Source: Squalus acanthias (taxonomy: Eukaryota). From it: a stretch of 64,000 nt of DNA. Numbering within the stretch: the stretch's first letter is position 1; every line of letters starts with the position of its first letter. Made by a program: the position numbers and the translations under genes. This document shows, piece after piece, positions 52,240 to 63,506 of this stretch. Where the stretch lies: contig CM059449.1 of the NCBI GenBank assembly GCA_030390025.1, positions 35,898,001 through 35,962,000 on the forward strand, read 5' to 3'. The notes under the pieces were generated by a model. The model did no database searches. It was not told the DNA's origin and worked only from the letters and a program-made list of their open reading frames with translations.

Positions 52240-52343
52240 ATATTTTGCCTGATGTGGAGATGCCGGCGTTGGACTGGGGTGGACAAAAATGAGAAGTCGC
52301 ACAACACCAGGTTATAGTCCAACAGATTTATTTAATTTTACGA

Positions 52344-53340
52344 GCTCTTTTTGGTTGGACAAATCAAAATTTACTGTAAATCAATTAAAACTTTAAATGA
52401 AACTTAATAAATCAAATCAAAATTTGGAAGTCCGGGGTGACGATGCACTCCAGCATGTTTTCCCCTGAGCAGAGGGAGCTCTTAAGTTGAAGGCACACCT
52501 CTCCCTTTATTTGAATTAATTGGGAGAGGGGCCTTCTCCCCTCTGCTCAATAGGTACTTAATTAAAATAGATTGAGGTGCCTCTTAGAGAGAGAGGCAGA
52601 GAGAGACAAGAGACAAAGAGAGAGAGAGGGGGGGTGGGAAGGAGGGAAGCCGCAAGGGCAGGGTCGCCACTCAGGATAGTGGGTGGGTGGGTGTTGGCAG
52701 GGGGGTGCACTCTCCGATGTAATAAAAGTCTTTGGTGGTGGTCTTCTGGTGGGGGGAGAAGATGTCTTCACCTGGGATAGCTGGAGATGCCCAGGCTCAG
52801 TCCTGCACCAGGTCTTAACGATGCCCAATAAGATTAAATTAATTGGGGACTTCACCTAGGCAGCTCCAGCTGTCCCAGGTCAGGCAATGGGAAAGGGGTG
52901 TTTAATATGGTGTGTGCGGCCTAGCTTTTACAGAAGCCACACACACACACACACACCCCTTGGATGTTCCGGCCTTCTTCTTTTTCTTCTTTCCTCCCCC
53001 CACCTACAAAACAAAGTCTCTGGGAGAGTGCCCCAGAATCACACCCACCTGTAGCTGTTCTTTCCTTCCTTCCTCCTTCCAAACAGATGATGTTTTGTTG
53101 TTTTCTCCCCTCTCTCCCTCTCCTAAAATGGAGGCCGATTGAGGAGGCAGTGTGGAAAGGCCTCTCCTCTGGTGTTTGATGGCCTTGGCCTTCCTTTCTT
53201 CTCCCTCTCCTCTCCTGTCCTCTCTCTCCAGGCACCTCAGTTGTGGGGTTGTTGGTTGTTGGTGGTGGCCTGCTGTCTGGTCTCCTTCTCCTTCTCCTCT
53301 TCCTGGTCACAGAGACCACCACTCTGCTGCTGCTCCTCAG
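52344..53340 (-). mobile_element. Internally deleted non-autonomous Tx1 copy (~890-bp 5' UTR fused to the last ~110 bp)
   Basis: 52457-53397 is nearly identical to ~59628-60563; 52344-52454 is nearly identical to 53398-53507. Confidence 0.9.
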
Positions 53341-53465
53341 TCAGCAGCTCCGAAAGCTTGTGATTTCAAATAAAGCTGTTAGACGATACCTGGTGTTGCT
53401 CTTTTTGGTTGAACAAATCAAAATTTACTGTAAATCAATTAAAACTTTAAATGAAACTTAATAAA

Positions 53466-56400
53466 TCAAATCAAAATTTGGAAGTCCGGGGTGACGATGC
53501 ACTCCAGCCCCCGCGGCGCCCACCGGTCGCGGAAAAACTCAAGCGTGCCGGCGGACACCGTGTGCTCCATCTCCAGGGCCACCCGGGCGCGAACATGGCC
53601 GCGGAAGAGAGGCAGGCAATCGGGCCGAACGACCCCCTCGACCGCCCGCTGCCTGGACCAATTAATGGCTTTCTTGGCCAGGCCCAGGAGCAGTCCTACG
53701 AGGAGGTCCTCCGACCTACCCGCTCCCCTCCGCACCGGGTGACTGTAGATCAGGAGCGTGGGGCTGAAGTGCAACCAGAAATTGAGGAGCAGCCCCTTCA
53801 AATAATGAAAGAGGGGCTGCAACCTCTCACACTCAATATAAATGTGATAGACGGACTCCTCTAGGCCGCAGAAATGACAAGCAGCCTGGGAGTCCGTAAA
53901 CCTACTTAAAATCCTATTGCACGGGACAGCTCCGTGCAACACCCTCCAGGCCAAGTCCCCAATAGAACAAGGGAAGACTCCCGCGTAGAGAGCCTTCCAA
54001 TGGGGACCTTCGCCTCCGCCGGACGGCAGGATGGTACGCCAAGGCGTGTCCGGACGGCAGACGAAGATGGCAAAGTGGAGAGTGTGCAGGAGCAGCCCGT
54101 ACAGGAAACGCCTCCGTGCGGATTGAAAGGGCACGGAGGGCATTTCTCCGAGAAGGCTCAAGTGGTGAGGCGGCGGCTCCCGAGGGAGGATTCGGGGCCG
54201 CGCGCCGATAAGGAATTCCGTCCGAACGGGGGTCAGTTCGGACGGGATCGCCCCACGTGCTTGAGCCTCCTCGACACACCTAGTGGAGACGGGGCCCAGT
54301 GCCACTTTTAGCGACTTGATGGCTTTGACCGTGAGCCAGACGTTGACCCAGGACATGCGCCTCGCCAACTCCTCCGGCGCCATCCAGCCCGCTCCTCCGC
54401 CATCGAGCAGGTCCCCGACTCTGGTCACCTTACCGGGCACAGCCCTGCCCTCCGCCAGCCAGCCGAACCCGCGGTCGTGGAGGTGCGGATTCCTGAACAG
54501 TGGCTCCCGAAGGACGGCCGCCGCTCCTGACGGGGGAGAACTGCGCTCGGAGGCGACGCTGTTCCAAACCCATAGCAGTTCCTGGTAGAAGACAGGCAGC
54601 TCCCGCAGGCTGGCACGCGTGCCACCCACTCTCACAAACAGGAGCTGCGTGTCGTAATTGAGGCCGTGCAGCTGGCGGAAGAAATACGTCGCCAGCGCAC
54701 GCCACCTAGGAGGATTCTCTACGTACAGGTATCTCTGCAGCGTCTGAAGACGGAAAGTCGCCGCCTGGGTGCGAAGGCACACCAGCGCCTGACCGCCCTC
54801 CCTAAGCGGGAGACTCAAAACCGCGGCAGAGACCCAGTGCTTCCTTTTGTCCCAGAAGAAGTCGACGAGCTTCTTCTGCATCTTGGCGACAAACGCAGGG
54901 GGAGGGATCAAAGTGACCAACCGGTACCACAACATGGCGGCCACCAGCTGGTTTATGACCAGCGCTCGACCCCTGTAGGACAACACTCGGAGCAGTCCTG
55001 TCCAGCGCCCTAGGCGAGCGGTGACTTTGGCCTCCAGCTCTTGCCAGTTCGCCGGCCAGGCGTCCTCGGCCGGGCTGAGGTAGACTCCCAGGTAGAGGAG
55101 GTGCGTGGTGCTCCAGGCGAAAGGCCCGAACTCCTCCGGCAGGGAGTCCACCTGCCATGGGCCCACCAGGAGTCCAGAACATTTCTCCCAGTTGATCTTG
55201 GCGGAGGATGCGTCCGAGTAAATCCGCTGGCATTCTCGCATCCTCCGCAAGTCGACGGGATCCGTGACCGTGAGGAGCACGTCATCGGCGTAAGCCGAGA
55301 GGACCACCTCCACACCCGGCCCTTGCAGAGCCAGTCCCGTCAACCTCTTCCGCAAGAGGCGCAGGAAAGGCTCCACGCAAACGGCGTATAACTGACCGGA
55401 CATGGGGCATCCCTGACGCACCCCCCTCCCGAAGCGAAGGGGCGCCGTCAAAGACCCGTTAACTTTAATGAGACACTCCGCGGCGGCGTACAGAAGTCGG
55501 ATCCGGGCGACGAAATGCGTCCCGAACCCGAATGTGCGCAGAGTCCCGAAAAGATACTCGTGATCCACCCTGTCGAACGCCTTCTCCTGATCCAGGGAAA
55601 GGAAGGCGACCGACAGACCAGCCCTCTGGGAATGGTGGACCAGGTCCCGGACCAGATGGATGTTATCGTGGATACTCCGGCCCGGGACCGTGTAGGACTG
55701 GTCGGGGTGGATCATGCGGGCCAGCACGGTGCCAAGGTGAGCAGACATAGCCCTGGCGAAAATGTTGTAGTCCGTGCTGAGGAGGGAGACCGGGCGCCAG
55801 TTCTTAAGTAGGCGGAGATCGCCCTTCTTGGGCAGCAGGACGATGACCGCCCTGCGCCAAGAGAGGGGCATCTCCCCGGTCGCCAGACTTTCCCCCAGGA
55901 CCCGCGCGTAGTCGTCCCCCAAGACGTCCCAGAACGCCCTGTGGAACTCCACGGTCAGCCCGTCCAGCCCCGGGGACTTGCCCCTCGAGAGCTGGCGCAG
56001 GGCGCCGGTCAGCTCCGCCAGGCTTAGCGGAGCTTCTAAATTCTCGGCGCCCTCCGGGCCGACCTTCGGCAGGTCCTCCCACAAAACTCTGCGCGCATCC
56101 TCGTTGGACGGATCCGAAGAGAACAGAGCCCCGTAATAGGCCCGGGCCTCCGCGCTGATGCCCTCCGGATCCGAGACCAGAGATCCGTCGTCGGCCAGCA
56201 GCCCCAAGAGCTGCTTACGGACCCCCCGTCTTTTTTCCAGCGAGTAGAAGAAGGGGGAGCCACGGTCCAGGTCCCGCAGGAACTGGATCCGCGACCTCAC
56301 GTACGCGCCTCGGGACCCGACCAGCTGCAGGTCCTTCAGCGCGCCCTTCTTCTCTTCGTACACCTTCCGCAGGGCCGGGTCCTCGACGACTTGACCGAGA

Positions 56401-57365
56401 CGGGACTCCAGGTCGAGCACTTCTTTCTCCAATCGCCCGACCCGGGCCTCCCGCCTCTTGGTCGACCCCTTCGCGTACTCCTGACAGAAGACGCGGACGT
56501 GAGCCTTGCCCACGTCCCACCATAGCCTCAAGGAGGGGAAGCCTCCCCGCTTCCTTCTCCAGTCGGCCCAGAACCGGCGAAACGAATCCCGGAACCGCGC
56601 GTCCTCCAGCAGCAGGTTGTTAAAATGCCAGTACGCGGACCCCCCCCACGAGCGCAGCGGAGCGAGCTCCGCCCACACCAGGTGGTGGTCCGTGCACGGC
56701 ACCGGCCGCATGGAAGCCGCCGGAACGCAGGAGACGTACGCCCGGGAAATGTAAAGGCGGTCGATTCTGGACCTTCCTCCTCCAGACCTCACGCTCGTGA
56801 AGGCGCTGGAGTCGGGATGGAGATTTCGCCAGACGTCCACCAAGTCGAAGGACCCGACCAGGTCCCGCAACTTCTCCATCGCCGCCGGGCTTCGCGGGGG
56901 ACCCGACCGGTCCTGCGCCTCGAGGGTACAATTGAAATCCCCCCCGAGGATGACGCACTCGCCCACGTCGATGGAGCCCAGAAGAGCGGACACTTCTCCG
57001 AAGAAGCGCACTTGCTGCGCACCGGTCCGGGGGGCGTACACGTTCACTAAATGGAGCGGCACGCCTCCCAGGCGAACAGTGACCTGGAGCAAGCGGCCCG
57101 GCACGTGCTCCTTGACCCTCAAGATCTCCGGCTGAAAATGCGGGGCCAGCAAGACAGCCACCCCGCAGGAATTGTTAGAGAGGTGACTCATGCTGACCCC
57201 TCCTTGCCACTCCAGGAGCCACGTGGCCTCGTCTCCCGGAACGGTGTGGGATTCTTGCAGGAAGCACACCGCATATTTCCCGTCCCGAAGGACCGAGAAG
57301 TTATTGAATCTACGGCTTGCCTCCCTGCTGCCGTTGATGTTGAGGCTGGCTATGGTTATCTTCAT
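53466..57365 (-). CDS. Tx1 ORF2: APE endonuclease, reverse transcriptase, C-terminal Cys/His finger (~1299 aa from ATG 57365)
   Basis: SLNING, FLQESH, NVYAP, GGDFN, SRIDR, TDH; KSPGLDG, WRPVSLL, LDQEKAFD, GVRQGCP, YADD; CHFCGLEESVYHIYIEC. Uninterrupted. Confidence 0.97.
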   Translation of the reverse strand: MKITIASLNINGSREASRRFNNFSVLRDGKYAVCFLQESHTVPGDEATWLLEWQGGVSMSHLSNNSCGVAVLLAPHFQPEILRVKEHVPGRLLQVTVRLGGVPLHLVNVYAPRTGAQQVRFFGEVSALLGSIDVGECVILGGDFNCTLEAQDRSGPPRSPAAMEKLRDLVGSFDLVDVWRNLHPDSSAFTSVRSGGGRSRIDRLYISRAYVSCVPAASMRPVPCTDHHLVWAELAPLRSWGGSAYWHFNNLLLEDARFRDSFRRFWADWRRKRGGFPSLRLWWDVGKAHVRVFCQEYAKGSTKRREARVGRLEKEVLDLESRLGQVVEDPALRKVYEEKKGALKDLQLVGSRGAYVRSRIQFLRDLDRGSPFFYSLEKRRGVRKQLLGLLADDGSLVSDPEGISAEARAYYGALFSSDPSNEDARRVLWEDLPKVGPEGAENLEAPLSLAELTGALRQLSRGKSPGLDGLTVEFHRAFWDVLGDDYARVLGESLATGEMPLSWRRAVIVLLPKKGDLRLLKNWRPVSLLSTDYNIFARAMSAHLGTVLARMIHPDQSYTVPGRSIHDNIHLVRDLVHHSQRAGLSVAFLSLDQEKAFDRVDHEYLFGTLRTFGFGTHFVARIRLLYAAAECLIKVNGSLTAPLRFGRGVRQGCPMSGQLYAVCVEPFLRLLRKRLTGLALQGPGVEVVLSAYADDVLLTVTDPVDLRRMRECQRIYSDASSAKINWEKCSGLLVGPWQVDSLPEEFGPFAWSTTHLLYLGVYLSPAEDAWPANWQELEAKVTARLGRWTGLLRVLSYRGRALVINQLVAAMLWYRLVTLIPPPAFVAKMQKKLVDFFWDKRKHWVSAAVLSLPLREGGQALVCLRTQAATFRLQTLQRYLYVENPPRWRALATYFFRQLHGLNYDTQLLFVRVGGTRASLRELPVFYQELLWVWNSVASERSSPPSGAAAVLREPLFRNPHLHDRGFGWLAEGRAVPGKVTRVGDLLDGGGAGWMAPEELARRMSWVNVWLTVKAIKSLKVALGPVSTRCVEEAQARGAIPSELTPVRTEFLIGARPRILPREPPPHHLSLLGEMPSVPFQSARRRFLYGLLLHTLHFAIFVCRPDTPWRTILPSGGGEGPHWKALYAGVFPCSIGDLAWRVLHGAVPCNRILSRFTDSQAACHFCGLEESVYHIYIECERLQPLFHYLKGLLLNFWLHFSPTLLIYSHPVRRGAGRSEDLLVGLLLGLAKKAINWSRQRAVEGVVRPDCLPLFRGHVRARVALEMEHTVSAGTLEFFRDRWAPRGLECIVTPDFQILI

Positions 57366-57390
57366 CTCAGAAGCATAGTGCAACCTCTAC

Positions 57391-59550
57391 CTAACGGAGG
57401 GGAGGGAGCGCGGTCACTGACGACCACCACTCCCTCAGCAGCCCAGTGTGGAAACTCTTGAGCCGACGCAGCTCGAGCCGGCCAACGTCCTTGTCCGCGC
57501 CCATGATTTTAACGGCGGCGCGGACGGACACGACGAGCAGCGCCAGCTCCGACCACTTGTCGAGGGCCAGCCGGATCTTCTTGTGACGACCCTGGCTCAT
57601 GGCCATAAAATCCCGGAGTTCCCCTACGGGGATGAGGGGAGAGTCGGTGAAGGGCACGAGGGCGTCCATCACCTCGCTGCCGATGGACTCCAAATCGTCC
57701 TCGATGCCCACCACCGAGTCCCCGTCCTCCTCCGGGAGGTCGTCACCGGCGGCCGACCCGTCCGTCGCACGGGGTGCAGCGAACGGCTCGGCCGCACCGG
57801 CCGGCCCCGCCTCCATCACGATCCCACCCCCAGGATCGGTGGCAGAGGAGTCCACCCTGGGCTCCTTCAGGGGCGCCGGGCTGGGAGGCGGCGGCGGCGG
57901 TTCGGGGCCCCCCCCCCGCCTCAGGCGCCGGAGCGACCGGAGAAACCGGGGAGAAAATAATCTCAAATTCCTCCAGTACGTCCGGCGCCAACATCAGAGA
58001 CGGAGTCAGGGGGCTTTCTGTCTCCCCGCCACCAACCTCCGACCCAGCGGGCTGGGGATTGTTAAAGTCCTCCACCAGGTCGAGCAGTCCCTGGGAGATA
58101 TCTGGATTGTAAAAGGCGGGCTCGGCTTCAGCCTCTTTGGCCTCGCCCGCCCCAGTCCCCAGGACGCCCGACCCGGCGAGGAGCAACGGTTCCGGAACTA
58201 CATTTCCCTCCGCGGGTTGTTCCGCGCCCCCCCCCCACGGGCAGGGTCTCTTCCCCATCCCCGGGAGGCACAGGTCGGACAGACTCGGCTGTCTCACCCT
58301 CCCGAGGGACAGACGACCCCCGCCGATCGCGCGCGACGATGACGGTGGTGGGGTGGGGCGCAGCACCCACGGCGGGCGACGACTCCCCCTCTGCGGAGGG
58401 ACCTTCCTCCTCGCAGTCCTCCTCCTGGGGGTCTAGCTTTCTTTTTAACATATTGGGGCCCGGAGAGGGGGAGGCCTCCATGTCTGCTGGGGCCTCCCTC
58501 TCTGCCCCCTTCCGACGACTGGGTTTCTTGGGCACCTCGGGCCCGAGCCCGGCCGCAGGTCTTGATTTAGCTGCCTCAGCAGTTGCGGTCACGGTCACGG
58601 GCCCGGGCACGAGGACCCCCCCAGTCTCATGCGTCCCGATCAACTCCGCGATGTACTCGGGCGTGAGTTCGGTCAACTCGGATGTTTCCTCCACGAGGGG
58701 ATCCGCCCTTAGGTGTTTATTTTTCCTACGCGCCTTCCTTCCCCCCGGACGCTCTCCCTCCCCCCCGCCGGAGGCCGTGGTGGTGTTGGCCTCCGATTTC
58801 GACCGCGCATCCGTCGCCGTCGACGCGCGGACAGTATCAGGGGGAGGGGGGGCGGCGGCGCCAGCCCTGGCCGCGCCAGGTGTCGCGGCGGCCTTGGAGG
58901 CGGGGCAGTTTTTGCGGACGTGCCCCACCTCCTTACAGGCGTAGCACCGCACGCCGTCCGAGGTCCAGAAGACGCGGTGGGCGGTCCCCCCGTGGAGCAC
59001 CGTGAACGCGCCATCCGCGTCCTCCTCCCGCGCCAGCCGGACGAAAAGCTGGCGCCAGAAGGAGAAGATGTGCCGAAGGCTGGCTTCCCGGAAGCCGAGC
59101 GGGATGGGTGTGATCCCCGACCTCACCTCCCCCAGTTGACGTAGGTGGGGGAGGAGGAGCTCACCCGGAACAAAGGGCGGGACGTTGGAAACCACAATCC
59201 TTTGCGCGGTGGCCTCAAGGGGGTCCACCGGCAGGAAGGTCCCGCCCACGGTGAGCCCCTTCTCGATGGCCAGGGACACCGCCCACTCCGACCCCAGGAA
59301 GAACACAGCCTTGCCGTACATTTTAGAGGCGGCGACGATGGCTGAAGGGCCGACAACCCCAGCCATGGCTTTTACGCACGCCTCTATAGTCATGTTGGGG
59401 TGAGTGTAGCTCTTGACCCCATTCTTCCTCGTAAGGAGGGTAAAAGGTGACGGGGTAACAGGAGGACTCGTGGCTGCGGCCGTGGCCGCGGCTGCCACGC
59501 TTGCGTATGTCCTCGCTGCCCCCGCCACCGGCGAAGATGTAGTCGCCATG
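57391..59550 (-). CDS. Tx1 ORF1 (RRM-like region, CCHC knuckle, low-complexity tail), ~720 aa, split by two +1 shifts in G runs (~58230, ~57910)
   Basis: IVAASKMYGKAVFFL, RIVVSNVPPF, CYACKEVGHVRKNC. Three overlapping ORFs join at poly-G tracts; stop 25 nt before the ORF2 ATG. Confidence 0.88.
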
Positions 59551-62500
59551 ATGGGTTGGTCTTTAAGGGCTACACTCACCCCAAGTCACAGGCCTGAAGG
59601 TGTTAATGGCCTCGGTTTTTTTGTTTTTGTTTTCCCCTGAGCAGAGGGAGCTCTTAAATTGAAGGCACACCTCTCCCTTTATTTGAATTAATTGGGAGAG
59701 GGGCCTTCTCCCCTCTGCTCAATAGGTACTTAATTAAAATAGATTGAGGTGCCTCTTAGAGAGAGAGGCAGAGAGAGACAAGAGACAAAGAGAGAGAGAG
59801 AGGGGGTGGGAAGGAGGGAAGCCGCAAGGGCAGGGTCGCCACTCAGGATGGTGGGTGGGTGGGTGTTGGCAGGGGGGTGCACTCTCCGATGTAATAAAAG
59901 TCTTTGGTGGTGGTCTTCTGGTGGGGGGAGAAGATGTCTTCACCTGGGATAGCTGGAGATGCCCAGGCTCAGTCCTGCACCAGGTCTTAACGATGCCCAA
60001 TAAGATTAAATTAATTGGGGACTTCACCTAGGCAGCTCCAGCTGTCCCAGGTCAGGCAATGGGAAAGGGGTGTTTAATATGGTGTGTGCGGCCTAGCTTT
60101 TACAGAAGCCACACACACACACCCCTTGGATGTTCCAGCCTTCTTCTTTTTCTTCTTTCCTCCCCCCACCTACAAAACAAAGTCTCTGGGAGAGTGCCCC
60201 AGAATCACACCCACCTGTAGCTGTTCTTTCCTTCCTTCCTCCTTCCAAACAGATGATGTTTTGTTGTTTTCTCCCCTCTCTCCCTCTCCTAAAATGGAGG
60301 CCGATTGAGGAGGCAGTGTGGAAAGGCCTCTCCTCTGGTGTTTGATGGCCTTGGCCTTCCTTTCTTCTCCCTCTCCTCTCCTGTCCTCTCTCTCCAGGCA
60401 CCTCAGTTGTGGGGTTGTTGGTTGTTGGTGGTGGCCTGCTGTCTGGTCTCCTTCTCCTTCTCCTCTTCCTGGTCACAGAGACCACCACTCTGCTGCTGCT
60501 CCTCAGTCAGCAGCTCCGAAAGCTTGTGATTTCAAATAAAGCTGTTAGACGATACCTGGTGTTGTGCGACTTCTCATATTTTTCCTGACCATCCTCTTTC
60601 TCCTAATATAATTGTAATAAATTGTGTGTTGATTTTGATGTCACTTCCTTCCAAGTCTCCCCAGTCCCAATAACGGCCCAGAGCTGGTTCTCAGTCTCTG
60701 TGGGGCTTAAAGCTGGCGCTGTTGTATTGTGACAGTTTAAATGCTGCCGCCTGTCGGTAAATGTCCTCCACAGCAGAACACCCACCTCATCACATCCAGT
60801 TCACTAAAGATGGCAGATTCGGTGCTCTATTCATGAGCAGTCAGACACTGTGCCGATGAATTCTAGTAACGATCGTAACCAGGCGCTCTTAAAGATGAAA
60901 AATACAATTTGAATAAATATTTCCGCAACCTAATCCTTTCAACTCCCTGACTGGGTTTAGGTTCATTGAGTGACGATTATTGTTCCATGTCACACTCAGC
61001 TGGCCAGTCTTCAGGCTGAGCCTTTCCTGTGAGTGCTGGCCGACCATTTTAATGTGGCCTATTGCAGCCCCACTACTGCTGCTCCTACTGAGACCAGATA
61101 ACACAGCTCAGACCCCACGGCTTGAACCTGGGGCCCTCTTGGTCTGGTTAAAGGAGAATTCCCACTTTGGTGCTCTGAGCACTGCCCAGGAGCACAGATT
61201 GTAAAACCACGAATTTCAATGTGTCGGCTGAGGATCTGGGCCTCGTGTGTGGAGTCGGTGAATCAGCCCTGAGGTGTTTATAATGTGGGTGATTAAAATG
61301 AAATCAGTGGGAGTAAAATGAACCATTTGTGAATATGAATCATCTCATCATGTTTCTCGTAAATGTCTCAGAATGCATCAAGTAAAATTATTTTGATGCG
61401 GTGAGTGATTTTATTTCGACGGTTATCCTGTACACCTCGGGATCTCACAAACAGCCTGGGCAGCTGTAGGGTTGAGCCAATAGACATCAGGTTAAGGGGA
61501 GAAGCGAAGGCCAGGTTTCCTGCTCCTACTTTTAAGAAACGTCTCTGTACATCTGATGAGGTGTGATCGTGCTTAACTGGCCTCCACTTCCTGAATATCA
61601 AATTGAAACTTAAGTCTATATGTTGCCCTTATATAGTTGTTGCCAGAATGGATGTTGGCAGATTTAGAGAGATGTGGGATTAGATTATTATTTTTACTGT
61701 CTGGTTTGCACACACCTTATGCATCCCACCTGATCTTCCTGATTTATTGCAATGGATGTTTAAGTCCCAGGCAGTAAAGATGAAAATTTAGCCATTATGT
61801 TTCTCAAATTCCCAATGGGCACACTAGTTACAGAACGCCCAGTGCCGGTTTGGACAGATTTAATCTTTGCCTGTAAGGACAATTTAAGCATCATTTTCTA
61901 CAATTTAGCTTGGTATCAACTTCTTTAATTCTGTCATGTTACACAAGAGTTTTAAATCCGCTTCTCTCACAGAAATCATATCCCACCTTTTCTTAAAACA
62001 CTTTTTTGTTAGGATTAATCAGTTGGTCTCGGGAAAGTTTGTTTGAGGAGATCCACTCTGTTCAAATACATACATGCTGTGTGATTTGTTCCGGCTTGGC
62101 TGGTGTTTAAATTTTAATCGAGATTTATTAATTCATGAAGCTTCATGGAATTTAATGTTGGCACTTTTCAAATCCAAGCAAATTGCTGTGGATTGTTTCT
62201 AGCGATTATACTGGGCAGAATTGCCTGCTCCTGTGTCTAAGGTTCTTCTTAATCACCTGGGCACCGTGAATAAAGGGGAATGGAAAGAGCGCGGTAAATG
62301 CCCAGAAGGGATCCTGCCCAATTTGTTGTCCATTTAAATCAATGGGCAGGCATTCGGCTGTGTTCATTAGGGGCTTGTGCTCCTTCTTCCCCAGTTTTCC
62401 TGTACTCACTGTTCTGAGGCAATCCAATTGCCCCGGGTATATGGACAGGAAAATCTAGCCCTCTCTGTCTGAGCATTTAAAAAGCTTTCGGACTGATAAC

Positions 62501-63384
62501 TACCATATTTGATGAGAAAATATTAAAGGTATCACTGCATAAAAAGATTAATTACAGTACAGTTTTACCACAAGACTTGCAAACGAATTACTTTCTACAA
62601 CACGATGCAACTGCTGTAAACATGTGTCAAATTATTGCTGCTGTTCGCTTGTTTTATTAACAGTTAATAAATCTGTTTGGGGATTAAAGCTAAAATAATG
62701 TTTGGTGTAGTTTTACTCGACCACTTTACAACAACAAGGAGAATCCCACTAATTTACAAGATAGATAAAACAAATCTAAACCTCTCACTTTTTTCTGTTA
62801 GTGATGCTGTTACATAGATGGACTTTAGTAACCCATTGGCCAACAATAAACATAAGTTTTTCTGATATGTCTGATCCAAACTCTTCATAATTTTGAACTC
62901 CTCTATCAGATCACCACTCAATCTGTTGCCTTGACTCCTTATATGTAAAGCTAATGCCGATCAGAAATATAATCTAGATATTGAATAGCCGCTATCCCTT
63001 GGGATTAATACATGGAGAGTCAGGATCAAGTGCATTCTTCAAGTGAAGCAAAGCTGGACATTCGGAGGTTTAATGGACCAAGGAACGCAGATATCATTCA
63101 ATCCCAGTTTTATAGTCCTGTATTATGCTCTTATGTTTATATGCTATTATAAATTCTGATATCTATATTTATATTGGAAACCATGGAGTGTGAAATCGGG
63201 TCGGGTGTAAAACATGCATCAGACCTGAACCAACTCCATTCCCACCAGGTGGCTAAGGTTAAAATCGGCGCTGCTATCATCATCTTTTGTGCAGCGCTAC
63301 AAGTTAAATTACCCTAAATGCTTCTGGAAACCATGGTGGTGAAATTGACTTCAATGCAGAAACAAATCGGGCGGAGTGTAATAG

Positions 63385-63506
63385 GAACTTAGGACATAGG
63401 AACATAGGAACAGGAGTAGGACATTCAGCTCCTCGAGCCTGTTCCGCCATTCAATGAGATCATGGCTGATCTGCGACCTAACTCCATACACCCGCCTTTG
63501 CCCCAT
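63385..63506 (-). mobile_element. CR1 3' terminal fragment
   Basis: (aacatagg)n tail and caggagtagg..cctcgagcctgttccgccattcaat. Confidence 0.75.

Larger units (their letters stand above)
53398..60507 (-). mobile_element. Full-length Tx1-clade non-LTR retrotransposon (~7.1 kb)
   Basis: ~950-bp 5' UTR, ORF1, ORF2, short 3' UTR ending aaccaaaaagagc; GC/CpG-rich and undecayed. Confidence 0.95.
52251..60576. mobile_element. Penelope-type inverted terminal-repeat remnant (left arm ~52251-52345, right arm ~60510-60576) hosting the Tx1 dimer
   Basis: The arms are inverted copies (atgagaagtcgcacaacaccagg..aacag..ttattt / aaataaagctgtt..cctggtgttgtgcgacttctcat). Flanked by a 13-bp duplication atattttgcctga (52240-52252) / atatttttcctga (60576-60588). 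Penelope assignment is from recall of shark repeats. Confidence 0.65.

Noticed and set aside
53451-59640. Many overlapping antisense and alternate-frame ORFs within Tx1
   Set aside because: Expected shadows of a GC-rich coding region; no recognisable domains.
52457-60563. LTR retrotransposon interpretation of the ~940-bp direct repeats
   Set aside because: Internal ORFs are APE-RT of non-LTR type with no protease, RNase H or integrase; no TG..CA termini or PBS; the repeats are duplicated 5' UTRs.
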